A stretch of DNA of 57,793 nt, counting the filler, from Sluysia triapertura (Eukaryota): NCBI GenBank assembly GCA_046118255.1. It is 4 parts of 4 records of this genome, joined end to end, with 100 filler letters (N's around TTAATTAATTAA, not from the genome) between each part and the next. Parts side by side here need not be neighbours in the genome. Positions count along the whole stretch, not along the records: positions 1 to 18,715 come from JBJNIA010125299.1; positions 18,816 to 29,934 come from JBJNIA010188654.1; 2 more parts are not named here. One strand, given 5' to 3'. Numbering within the stretch: position 1 is the stretch's first letter; each line of letters opens with the position of its first letter. Below, piece after piece: positions 13,537 to 25,300 of the stretch. Below the pieces are notes generated by a model. That model did no database searches, was not told the DNA's origin, and saw only the letters and a program-made list of their open reading frames with translations. Position numbers and translations under genes: made by a program.

Positions 13537-16500
13537 TTACCTTACATTATATTGTAATCGACGAATATAAATAGAAAGAACGAAAAAGTTTGAAAACACA
13601 AAGTTAAGCACGAAAACAAGGAACACAAGATCATCAACAAAATAAAAAATATAGCCGATAGTAGACCAATTCCTTTTCAACTGATTAATAGTAGATCTAT
13701 CAATTATGAACTCGATTTCAATTTGTTGATTTTCGGCTTAAATTATAAATTTAAACACTTCATTTTAATTGAATAAACTTATTTACAATTTCGAAAATTT
13801 TTGTAAACGATTATAATAACCATGCATATATTTATTTGTCATTTGAATAAAATCTATTATCTGATTAATTAATCTTTTTTGTACCTGTAATAAACTCGGG
13901 AAAAGGATTGAAAATAAAGTCTGAGAAAATAACATTTGAATAAAATCTAAAGGGTGAATAAATAAACTCTGAAATAAAGGCTGAATAAACATAATCGGAA
14001 AAATTAAAGCTTGAACAAATAAAGTCTAAAGGAATAAGTTTATAAACTTAATTAATAAATCAAGCACTTTCATCTCGAACAGCTTAGACAAGTACAGGAC
14101 TCAAGTACAATACAAATATTCATAAAACTAAATTTAATAATCCATAAATTGTATTTAAGTTAAGTGAAACTCTTTATTAAGAAATAGTTCGTATCTGAAA
14201 TTAAGAAAGTTAAGATATAATATCTACAAACACTTAAGCCTTAGAGATAGTAGAGACTAAAAATAAGAGAGTATATCACTGATTGAGAGAATTTACATTA
14301 GACGACAAATGAAAAAATTGTTAATATTCACCTTAGTGAAATAAACTTATAATAAAACGCAGTATTTAATTTTTAATTCTTAATTACTCAATGAAAGTAC
14401 ATCAAAAATAATAATTGAAAGAAAGCAATTTTCACTTAAGAATTATTTTAAATCAGAAATATTTTTACATGAATTATTCGTTTAATTTAACAATATTTAT
14501 CGATTAATCAGTGTCGGCCAAATTTTTACTTTGAAGAACAGTTTAAAGCAATAAAATTGAAATCAAAACACCAAATTTAGTTTAATGGTAAAACTTTTAA
14601 ATTGCGGAAAAGCAACTGGTTTAAATGAAAATCGACCATTACAAAGGGAAAAGTTATAAAATATTCTAGTGAAATATCCAAACTTTTTTTTTGTATAAAA
14701 GCATAACTTAATAATTTTTAAGTACAATAAAAATTAAAAAAATTAACAAAATATACGTAATTTTTTATTCACTGAATTTAAAATAAGAAATCCATGAGTT
14801 AATTTTAATTATAATTTAAGAATCTTAAAAATGAAAAAACACCTCATTTTGATCTTGTAAAACTAATGGTAGGACTTTTGCTAATCGTGCTAAAAGCTGA
14901 CTATTTCGTGGAATAGTTAGATCCATTCGCATTAATCGACGAGCTACTAACACCAAAAGGTACCAGTCTAGAACAGGACAAGGATTTAATAAAAGACGTC
15001 GAGAATCCATGGAAATGTCCGAATTATCATTAACTGGAGAAGTGTGATGAGCAGTATCAATATACCTCCATGGCTGTATAGCACTTAACCACATCTCAAG
15101 TACGATCTTAAATGTCAAATCAGTAGGCCAATCACGAAATAGTTCGACCAAATAAGGAGTGATATTTTTAAGTATTTGACGAGGAAGATTTCTAAATAAT
15201 AATATAAAAATTATTAATGCACCTATTTATTCCTAACAATATATCTTTTACTTTTATCTAATATTTTGGTTTTCAAATTGATATAATTTCATTATCCTAA
15301 CACCACTAACAGAATTTAACACATTACTTACGAAAGAATAAGTAGGATTGGGACTATTTGGCAATCAAATAAATTTAAATTTCGTCAAAAATAATATTGA
15401 ATATGTAAAATTTGGTGACAACATTATCTTTAATATTTTAATTGACTAAAAATTAATTTGTTTTTCTGCTCTCGCTTTACGCAGCTGCAACTGGAAGAAA
15501 AATAGAGTTACACGATTGTTATGAAAAAATTTTTTATTGTTTTTTTCTTTAAACGGTAATAGAAATCTTTCTAAATCTCCGAGACAGTTTTAACTAACTA
15601 TAACATAACTATCATTACTGGAATTAATTTTTAATTCTAATTATAAATTCATTTTCTTTACATTGTTGACAAAGTAGTCAACACAATTTCGAGTATCTTG
15701 ATTCATCATTAAAAAAATTGTTCCTTTAATCTGCTAATTTGGCACACAATCTTTTAACTGTGCAACCTATAGCGGGCTCGCGATATTTTTAAAAAACATA
15801 TACATCCAACTCGCTTCTGCACACTTTTATTTTAAATAACGTACTAACTCGTCTTACCGTTGAGCAATGTTTCATATGTAACGTATCAACTCAGTTAATA
15901 TGTTGATAATTTTACATTCATGTTCACTGCTGTTTTTAAGTCACGTCGCATTAATCTTTCAATAACTACCAGAAGACTTGTTGAAAATAAAAAAAATATA
16001 CAATTTTTACAATTAAATCAATTATATGTTTTAGAAGTGCCTTAGCGCTACAGTTAAATCATACTTGTTAAAAAATTATTTTAAAAATAAGTAAGATTGT
16101 TTTTGTGTATTCACGATTTGTTTATTTTCTACTACATTCTTGAAAATGAAGTAGAGTTTTAAAAAAATCTTTGACATAAATTTCTTCATCTTTAGATAAG
16201 TAATAGTGCATACTATTTCAATAAAGTTATGTAACAATAGATTTTCGGAACATCTTAATATAACAGTTTTGAACTACAAAAATACTTACAAAATTCAATT
16301 ATGTCAAGGATGACGAACAAGTGGCACGTTTGAAAGTTTTGATGGCTCGAACAAAAACAAAATTAAAAACAATTGTTTTTAACGTGAATTTTGTTTCTAG
16401 CATATTGCTTTTTGTAAAACATTGCTTTTATTTGTTTATTTAATTAGACCTAAGTTTAATTTCACTACACTAACATTTCGAATGAAATTTTATTGTGGCA

Positions 16501-17851
16501 CGTTACCTTTTTGTGACATCAAAAAAGATTCGCCATCTCTGACTTATGTGATATAAAACAATTAATAAAATTATCAAAAATAATTTTCAATGGAGTAATC
16601 AATTAGTGTTTGATTATGATTTATAGGGAACATTTGTTGATGTTCTATTAAATTTACTTCGGGAATTTCTGTATCAAATACTGTACGAATTACATTACAA
16701 ATAAATCTTTAATCATAAAACGTACATAGAAAAATAAACTAACTCTCGATATTTTTTTAAATGACTTATAAATTCATAATCCATGTGTGAATTCGGGGGT
16801 AATGAATTAATCAAATTATTATCACCAAACGTTTTACAAAAACTGAAATGGTAAGCCGATTTCAAAAACATTCGACTTAAACAAACATGTGCTATTGACG
16901 GCAATTTAACAACGGACGTAAAGCGTGACATATTGCAAATATTAATTGACTCGCATAAAATAGAATTTCGATTGTTATGTAAGACATTACTCATATTAGA
17001 TTCCATCCATATACTTAATAAAATCTGTACAAATGTATCTGTGTAATACATAGAACTGGTAAAATCAGACGTATTTTGATGAAAACTTTGATTTTGCATA
17101 TTTTGTGAATTGTTGAAAACATTTTGACTGCTATTTCTCCCAATGTAGAAAAACTAAACCAAAGCACAATACATATAATAAAACAAAATTACTTGATTAT
17201 AATTAGAACGCATTTTACTTTGTACCGATGAATGCAAAATTCGAAAACTGTTCGAATTTTTAAAGAAAAAGAAATCAAGATACATTAAAAACAATTTACA
17301 ATAAAGACTATCAGTTGATGATAAAGCATTAGCATCGTGCTTTTTTACGTTGTGTTGATAATTCAAATGATTAAAAAATGAAACAAAATAATACTCAAAT
17401 GAATCTAAAATACTTAAAAAGTAAAATTAAAACATACTCATTGATAAAACATTATTTTGGGTATTATTTAAAGAAGTACAATATCTTAATTTAAAATTTT
17501 CATCAACTGTACCATCATTTATTTTCTTCTGCAAAGCTGAAGGTAAACGCTGAGGTGAGTAGTTATAAAGCAAGCTGCATTTATTTGTAACAGAATTGAA
17601 TATTGCTTGAAATAAAATACCATCAGGTTTCAAAAGTTCAATAATTCTTTGATTTTCGTCTTTAGACTGCACTTTACCAAAAAAGGACCAATTACTATTT
17701 TCATTATAAAATATGTTATCTATTAATTGAGCATAATTAACACAAAATTCCTAAAATTTATAATTTTTAGAAGTATATTTACTTGCGGCGGTTGAATTTG
17801 TATTAATGTCTTTATTTCTTCAAATGAATTTCTATTACTTATATTTGTCAT
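13537..17851 (-). CDS. SMPD4: Sphingomyelin phosphodiesterase 4 (neutral sphingomyelinase 3) homologue, 7 exons
   Basis: Exons 17851-17783, 17750-17438, 17404-17193, 17153-16744, 15191-14843, 13884-~13824 and 13736-13537 have phase-compatible GT-AG introns (32, 33, 39, 1552, 958 and ~70-90 nt). Motifs NSFEYYF, TDTFVQILLSIW, LVELFRDWPTDLTFKIVLEMWLSAIQPWRY and RMDL...RLAKV match SMPD4, and there is a hydrophobic C-terminal tail. The exon 6 donor is uncertain. Confidence 0.9.
13886..14297 (+). mobile_element. LTR-like repeat (solo-LTR-type copy) inside SMPD4 intron 5
   Basis: Begins TGTAA and probably ends TTACA. Colinear with the reverse complement of 44143-44486 (ggattg..taaa.tctgag.aaataa; identical aagcactttcatctcgaacagc). 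No target-site duplication seen. Confidence 0.6.
16303..16330 (+). mobile_element. hAT-like terminal sequence in SMPD4 intron 4
   Basis: caaggatgacgaacaagtggcacg resembles hAT-type ends (CAGTGATGGCGAACCTATGGCACG). No partner end found. Confidence 0.3.
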
Positions 17852-18339
17852 TTATATGAGATATTAATAAAACACTGCATTAAGAGTTACGAATAATGAA
17901 AATTAATTGTAAAACACAATTATTAACAAATTTCACAAGCCATTATTAATATCAAAAAAACCTAAATGCAATAAATAAATAATACAATATAAATTAATAA
18001 AACCACAGAGTAATTATTAAAACACATTTATTTGTATTAATTATTTGTTAAGTCGTTTAATAATATTTTTTTAGTTTTACAAAATAATTATCTTTTCTAT
18101 TTTGTTTGGATTTTCTCTGAAACTAAGGTATAAATATATATATTTTATTTAAATTTACTAATCCTTTAAATTTGTAAAATGTAATCCACTGAACTTTTTC
18201 TAACAATAATTTGTTTATTCTAAACTAAATGTTCACCATATTAATTACTGCACGCAAAAATTTAATAAATTCGCATTTGATTTACTGTAAATAAAACATT
18301 TTAATTTATAAGAACTAGAAAAGCAACAAAAGATCTTCA

Positions 18340-18715
18340 GCAAATTAGACGTTAGTTAGAGAACTGTATTAAAACGTGTGAAGATAACAGAAGATGGATG
18401 AAAATTAGAAGCATATGAAAAACCATTATAAAATGATTAATAGAAATAATAAAATATTGTTGGAATAAGATGAAAACAACTAGAGAAATGTGGAAAACTG
18501 AAGAATACCTTGGCATTCGAAAGACCTATATAAGATGTCGAGACAGTATATTAGAGTACCTTTGAACTTGTGAACCTTTAGATCATCTAAGACTCTGTTA
18601 ATGTTGTGTCTTTTATCACTTTTATTTTCCCAGATTAATAGATTAGAACTCAATAACTAAATAAACTCAAAATCTCGATATATTCGTTATATTATCACAA
18701 AACTACAACTAGAAG
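18340..18715 (+). mobile_element. 3' part of a retroelement family, truncated by a contig end
   Basis: 18390-18575 is homologous to the reverse complement of 37540-37725 (NIVGIR vs NIVGVR; acctatataag.tgtcgagac). 18603-18714 is near-identical to 29194-29305. Confidence 0.65.
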
Positions 18716-18815
18716 NNNNNNNNNNNNNNNNNNNNNNNNNNNNNNNNNNNNNNNNNNNNTTAATTAATTAANNNNNNNNNNNNNNNNNNNNNNNNNNNNN
18801 NNNNNNNNNNNNNNN
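18716..18815. other. Artificial scaffold join N44-TTAATTAATTAA-N44
   Basis: A six-frame stop linker flanked by equal N runs. The same structure occurs three times in the window. Confidence 0.95.
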
Positions 18816-19859
18816 ATATATATATAAAACATATTCGCATCTGCCTAGTTTTCCTTAAACTTTTACAAATCGGGGTATTTTAATGACAAAATATAAAAAT
18901 GTAACTAATAGACCGAAACAGTCACTAACTGAAATATGTGCACTAATTCATTTAAGAACGTGTCACTGTAAAATTATATAATCCCATTATCAGAATTTAT
19001 GAGAATTCTCGATTTCGGTGCGAATGTGTTACAATTTGTTCGTTGCTCTTAAACTTAAGAAACACAATCACTTTCGGAATTTGTTGTGGAATTTTATAAA
19101 ACTTATCATTTATCGTTTTATCACTGACTATTGTAGAGAAATTTTTAACAAACCTGGTCATGATTACAAGTATCTTTCCTGGAAAACACCGTTTTGTATT
19201 AAATCATGTTGTGCGAAACTATCAAAATGAATGGATGAATTTGAAAATATTTTTTTAATTCAATAATTTTATTTAAAATATTAAAAAAACATAGGTAACC
19301 AAAAAATTTCTGTTTTCAGTTAATTCAAGTTCATTTTATTAAATTTATTAATTATTATTCAGCACTGCAGTGGGTTTCGTAATTTTCACATTGTCATTAT
19401 TTGAATTAATTTCGTCTATTATTGTAATAAAATGTATGTGTTTTATTAAGATCCTGCTCAATTTCAAATGCATAATTATATTGAACGAAATGTCTATTGT
19501 ATAAGCAAGCGTAAGAATAATTACAGTATTTAACGAAACGAATATTTCTGCATAACCAGTCTGAATTGCTAAAATTGTTAATTTGTTGTCTAAAACCTAT
19601 AAAACCTATAATATTTACTATAATTTTCTTTTCATACATCAATAAGTGAACATTTTTTTCCTCTAAACTGGGTATATTAATGAGATCAAAAGATCACGTT
19701 CTTGTGATATTTTTAACGAAAAATCTTGTGAACCTCTAGGTCCTTATATTCTTTGGTTGAAATCCTTTTATAATCAGCAACGTAACATGGTGTTTTCGTC
19801 AAAGGTGATTTAGTTTGTGGTGCTTCTACATCTATATTTGTAGTAACTTGAAAATTATT

Positions 19860-20460
19860 CTAGATTGCAAAAATACCCAATACACCTACAACCATGCGAC
19901 ATATACCTTCCATTACTCTAATACCTGACAACAGAATGGGATCTTTATAAAGTGATTTCAAAACTTGGTCCGATTCTCCTATTCCACTTTCATCAATTCT
20001 TAATTAATACAATTATTACTAATATAATTATCTCTAACTACAATATCGTGTGAATGTACAGTTATAATAACACCATCATGCATTAAATTGACTTTATTCT
20101 CTTCAACTTTCTCTTGCAAACCACGATATTGCCGTTCTTTTTGCCAATCGTTCAAAGACACGACAGTTACTACAACTAAAACAACACTCATAATTGCAAC
20201 ACTTTCGATCCAACTAGTTTCGTGTTGGTCAACATTATTTGTGAAACATTTTGGATAAAAGGATAATACTAAAGATAAGAAAGCAGCATTCCAATTGGCA
20301 GTATTCCAATTTCTGAATTTACTTTTAAACTTTTTAATGAAAGGGTAAAACCTCCGAAATTTGAATCTAAACTTTCAATAATATTTGCTCCACGTAATTG
20401 TACTAAAACTTGTAAAGTGTAAAATGTTAAACCAAATGTAAATTGTTCGCTATGTATTAA
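19860..20460 (-). pseudogene. ATP2B: Plasma-membrane Ca2+-ATPase (PMCA, P2B) N-terminal pseudogene fragment
   Basis: Segments FGLTFYTLQVLVQLRG...; AAFLSLVLSFY...WIESVAIMSVVLVVVTVVSLNDWQKERQYRGLQ; [33 protein letters not shown] match PMCA. It has frameshifts, internal deletions, TGES changed to IGES, and a stop at 19860-19862. Confidence 0.85.
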
Positions 20461-21718
20461 AAATTAAATTGATATAGTATTAGTTGTTGATATAATATTA
20501 TAATCGATAAATTGATAAAATTATTATACAATCCAAATAATGATAATTGTAATAACAAAATTACTAATAATAAACATCTGAAGTAATTATGACAAACATT
20601 ATTTCAAGCAAGAAAAAGATCAAGTGTGACGATAGTATTACTTCTGACGATACAAATACAAACGAACACTAATTCAGTAACATGAAAAATTCAGTATTGT
20701 CAAATATATCAGTATAAAAAGTTTAAGTAGAAATATATTCAAATAATTATAAAATTAAGAAGCACAATTAAATAAATAATTGAGCCAGTAAAGGCAAAAT
20801 TAAAATAAAATGATCAACTCTTGATAAGAATGCAGAGTTACATTTATCAATTGAACAGGTATAAATGCATGCACGATATGTTCTAGGATGATCAAGAAAA
20901 TTTATGTACTGACACTGACTAGAAAATCTTGTTACTCTATAAGAGACCCAAAACTCCTGTGACTTTTATACAGAAGTGAGAATTTTCTGTGGTGCAAGTT
21001 TCTGGTTTCATTAGATTCATAAATAAAGTGTTTAAGACAATCAAAATTTACTGTAGAATTGTATCTGAAGTGCATTATTCCATTCGATATTTCAATATAA
21101 GTTCCAAATATAATTACAATTAGAAAGAAAACTATAAAAATGAGATTTTATAACATTAAAATAATAATAATAACAATAACGGGTAAGATTCAACCAGATT
21201 TGATATTGTTAGAACGGTGCTTGTGTTTTATTTGTATTGTATAGTGGTTGGATATGTTGTAGTTTATTTAATAACTTGTTTATGTAAGATGTGTCGATTG
21301 TGTTGATGTTTGCTTGTGAATATTATTGTATTTTGATATTGAATTTACTGCACTCGTATTGAGTGGAGAATTTTTTAGGTCAAACAAAATGATCACTTTT
21401 TAAACCCATTTATTCGACCATTAAACTACATGAAATTAAGATTTGAAATACATTTTATATTGAAATTTTATTCTGTAGTCAAACACTATGACAACATATT
21501 TGACAGCTGTTTAATTCACTAAATTTAGTACTATTAATAATAAGTAAATAATTGTTCCATTTCACTTTTTTTCAATGTTTTTGTTTAAGTAATAAATTAT
21601 AATATATGCGGTCAAACGCATTAATTTTGTAACAATAAATTAAAAGTAATTTATTGAAATTTGAAAATAATTATCTTGATATTGAGTATGAAGTTAAAAA
21701 AGTGAATATTTGATGCAG

Positions 21719-22266
21719 GTTTTAAATAAACAAATAGCTGATGTTCAAACAGAATTGGATCAATTAAGTACATCTGCTCAATTACTGGTTCACAGTATTA
21801 GTGAACATAATAATATGCCTCTGTCATCATCTTCATCTATTTCATCATCTAAATCTAGTCAACAAAGCGAAAAAATTAGTATTAATAAAAAATCAAAGTT
21901 AAAAACTAAATCAGTAGCTAAATTACCCAATCACAATAAAGCGCCACCAATTTCCTCGACATCATCATCAACACATCCCGATGATATTGATATTGATATT
22001 GATGAAGAAATAAAAACGGAAAAACTACCATCTGAAACAACAGCTTCTCATCCAGATAGTATTTTTTCTGCTTCAGCGATTGGTGAAATTAATATCGAAT
22101 CAGAATCATCGAAATCGACTACTAAGAAATCAAAAACAGATGATAGTGAAGATAATAAAGATTTAAGTACCCCAAAAAGCGATAAAATTGAAGAAGTTGA
22201 TACTGCTAGAAGTTTAAAGTTTGTAATTTTATATTTCATTAAATAATTATTTCAATAAAATTGATG

Positions 22267-22319
<53 letters not shown>

Positions 22320-25300
22320 AGTATTGACTGTCATCATAATTAAATGAGATGTTATTTAAATTTAAACTAATTACCGTATTATTTTCCATGTGATTCATAA
22401 AATATTTAAGTCTATTTTGTGTGCACATAAACTAAATTATCTTCGTACAAATAAATTGTAAAATATTTAACCGTGTTTATATGTAAATTATGAAAAACAG
22501 AAAATATAATTTTATCGAAATTTAATTATTTATACGATATAAATCCACTGAACGATCAATTAGTACTTAGTTTTCGAAAAACAGATTGAGAAACTCTGTT
22601 CAGAACATTTGAAATTTCACCAAAGTTTACTAAATTTCTTCATACTTTGTAAAGATTTTCAAGCAATGATTCTCAACATTGTGCTGTCACTACTCATACG
22701 TCAGAAAAGTATGCAATGCTCATGATTAATGCAGCTTTATGTGCGGGCTTATAATAATTTATACTGTTTAAGTCTATTAGTTGACAGATTGAAGTGTGTG
22801 TATGCGGCAACTTGTAATATAGGTACATCAACCAATTAAACGAGTGAAATTTTTTTAATTCATCTTATTGTTATGTTAGTGTGTTATGACAAGTGAGAGT
22901 CATTGTTCTAAAGATTCTATACTTTAATATTTATTTTAATGCATTATTTATGATGATATGTTTGATATTACTATATATAAAGTAGCATTGTTTTTTACTT
23001 TTAATTATAATATAATTTCTGAAGATACTAATATTGTACGTCACGAAAAACTATTTTCATATTTTCACATTCATATTAAGAATGTGAAGAATCGTTTTCC
23101 TTAAATTTTCGGTTGAATCTAATTATGAAAATAATCTGCGGGAAAATATTTTTGTAGACTTCGTTTAAATAAATTCATTAACGCCAACGTCTTCTGCAGA
23201 TTTAATGTTTTATTTAAGTTATCATTGATAAATTTTGTTACAAAACATAACTGATAACTTCCAAGACAATAATAATAACAAAAATGTATTAGGTATCAAA
23301 TTTTAAAATCTTCTCCCGAAAGTAAGGTGAATTAATGTGTCATTGAACTTCTTTGTTATCTCTGGCCAGAGTGGGACTTGTTGGGATAATCGGCCACCAA
23401 AAAATCAGTCTAATTATAATATCTTTTTTATTTATTATTTTAATTACTTGAAATTTTATTATACATTTTTTAACTACTTTACAAAATTATATATTTTTCT
23501 TATTAAACTCTATCCGTACTAAAATTATAATATTTTAAGAAAAGTTCTAAACTTGTTTTTCTTTGAAAAGATATAAATTAAAACAAATAGAAAAACCAAA
23601 GATATTTCTGTCTTAGAAGATCTTCAAACAATTTCTAATTACAAATAACGTCAAATTTGCACATTTACTCAGGCAAGTTTTACTTTTATTACGTTCGTTA
23701 TTAAATTATGAGTAAGGCTTTTCTTCACGATTCATTAATTTCATTTTTGAAGGATCATTGATCCAGAGTAAAAATTATGCGTATGAGTATATCCTATTTG
23801 GATAAATCACAGTAGTCAATTAACACTTAAGTGCAATGTATTAATCTCATACTGAGGTTGATGCCTAATTGATCACATCAACCTTACGCCAGGTAAGTAT
23901 GAAATTTAATATTTCTCATTAAAATTACCAGTATAATTTAAAAAAATCTATTATTTAATTATTTTCAATTACATTTATAATGTCATTTAATATGTGTGTT
24001 ATTGTGTAATAATAAAAAACTAATTCATTTTATATTGCTTCTAAAAGTACATATTAAATATATTACATCATATCATAAAATCAATCTTTTCGTTACAAAT
24101 GACCACACCCAAATTTGATACATTCGACAACTAATAATAATCATTATGGTACATTTTTTCATTTGTTCTAATATCCTGAAATATTCATGTTTTAATTGCT
24201 TTGGATTATTAAAAAATTTTCAGCAGCAACAAATAAATTTTTCATGTTGTTATCCATTCAGACAACTACAGTTTGTTGACATTAATGAAGAATATAGTGC
24301 ATCAGAGCGAGACGATGATGATCTTGATTTGTCAGATAAAATAAATGTGGTTTCCAAAGATATTGGATCAGAACATAAATATCCGGTTCTCAAACTAGCT
24401 ACCAAAGTTGATCTTGGAAGTAGTGGCTCACAGGAAGATGAACAGCATCAGCCATATAGTGCTCGCACTATTCATTCAGATATTTCAGAAATACCTGAAG
24501 AATGTCCTCCTGATGATAATGCGAATGCTTATTTAACAGAATATACTGAAGATTTTTCAGATGTAACTGGAACTAATTCATTAAAAAGTTCTGCTAGATC
24601 AGAAAATGTTGATAAAAGTGAATCATCACAATCATCGTCTTCAACAGTAACTGTTACCAATAAAACAGAAACGGCAGATCAACCAGAAATACCACCGAGA
24701 AAGAAATCTTCAATAACAACTAATATTAAATTATCTCCTAGAAGTGAAAATGAAAAATATGAAGAATACGAAGATGAAGATAAAAATAAAACTAATGATA
24801 ATTCGGAAATTCTAGAAGAAATTACAACAGAGCCAGAAATTTCTATTACTGGAATAGTGGATACTATAACCGATCATGTTTTTTATCTTTCTGTAAATGA
24901 CGTAGCTAAAACAATAGAAGATAAAAATATTTTCAATTCAATAAAAGAATTTAAGGTTATTATTATTGTTGATAATTATATCAATCACTTATTTTTAGGA
25001 GAATCAATTATTAACAACGTAAATATAAGCTGTGAAAATCTTATCTATTAGATTTTTGTATCTATTGATTTCGTCGTATTTTATTTCGTTCTAAGAATAA
25101 TCTTATTTAAGTTTAACTTGTCTTTATGAAAATGAAATATATAATTTATAATATATAATTATATTATATTATATAATTTATAATATATAATTATATTATA
25201 TTATATAATTATATAATATATAATTTTGCATATCATAATAGTATGTTCAATTGAAATGATCATTGAATATTTAAACAATACAAAAAACGAAATCTATTCA

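Noticed and set aside
13886-13992. N-terminal part of ORF 13783..13992 as SMPD4 coding sequence
   Set aside because: It is antisense LTR-derived sequence. The phase-compatible exon starts at 13884.
18760-18771. TTAATTAATTAA palindrome repeated three times in the window
   Set aside because: It is always centred in identical N44 flanks, so it is an artificial six-frame stop linker and not biology.
24999-25018. 20-nt micro-exon in CEP350 after a 43-nt intron
   Set aside because: It would shift the phase relative to the next acceptors (25525 and 25540). Direct splicing from 24955 to 25540 is in frame.
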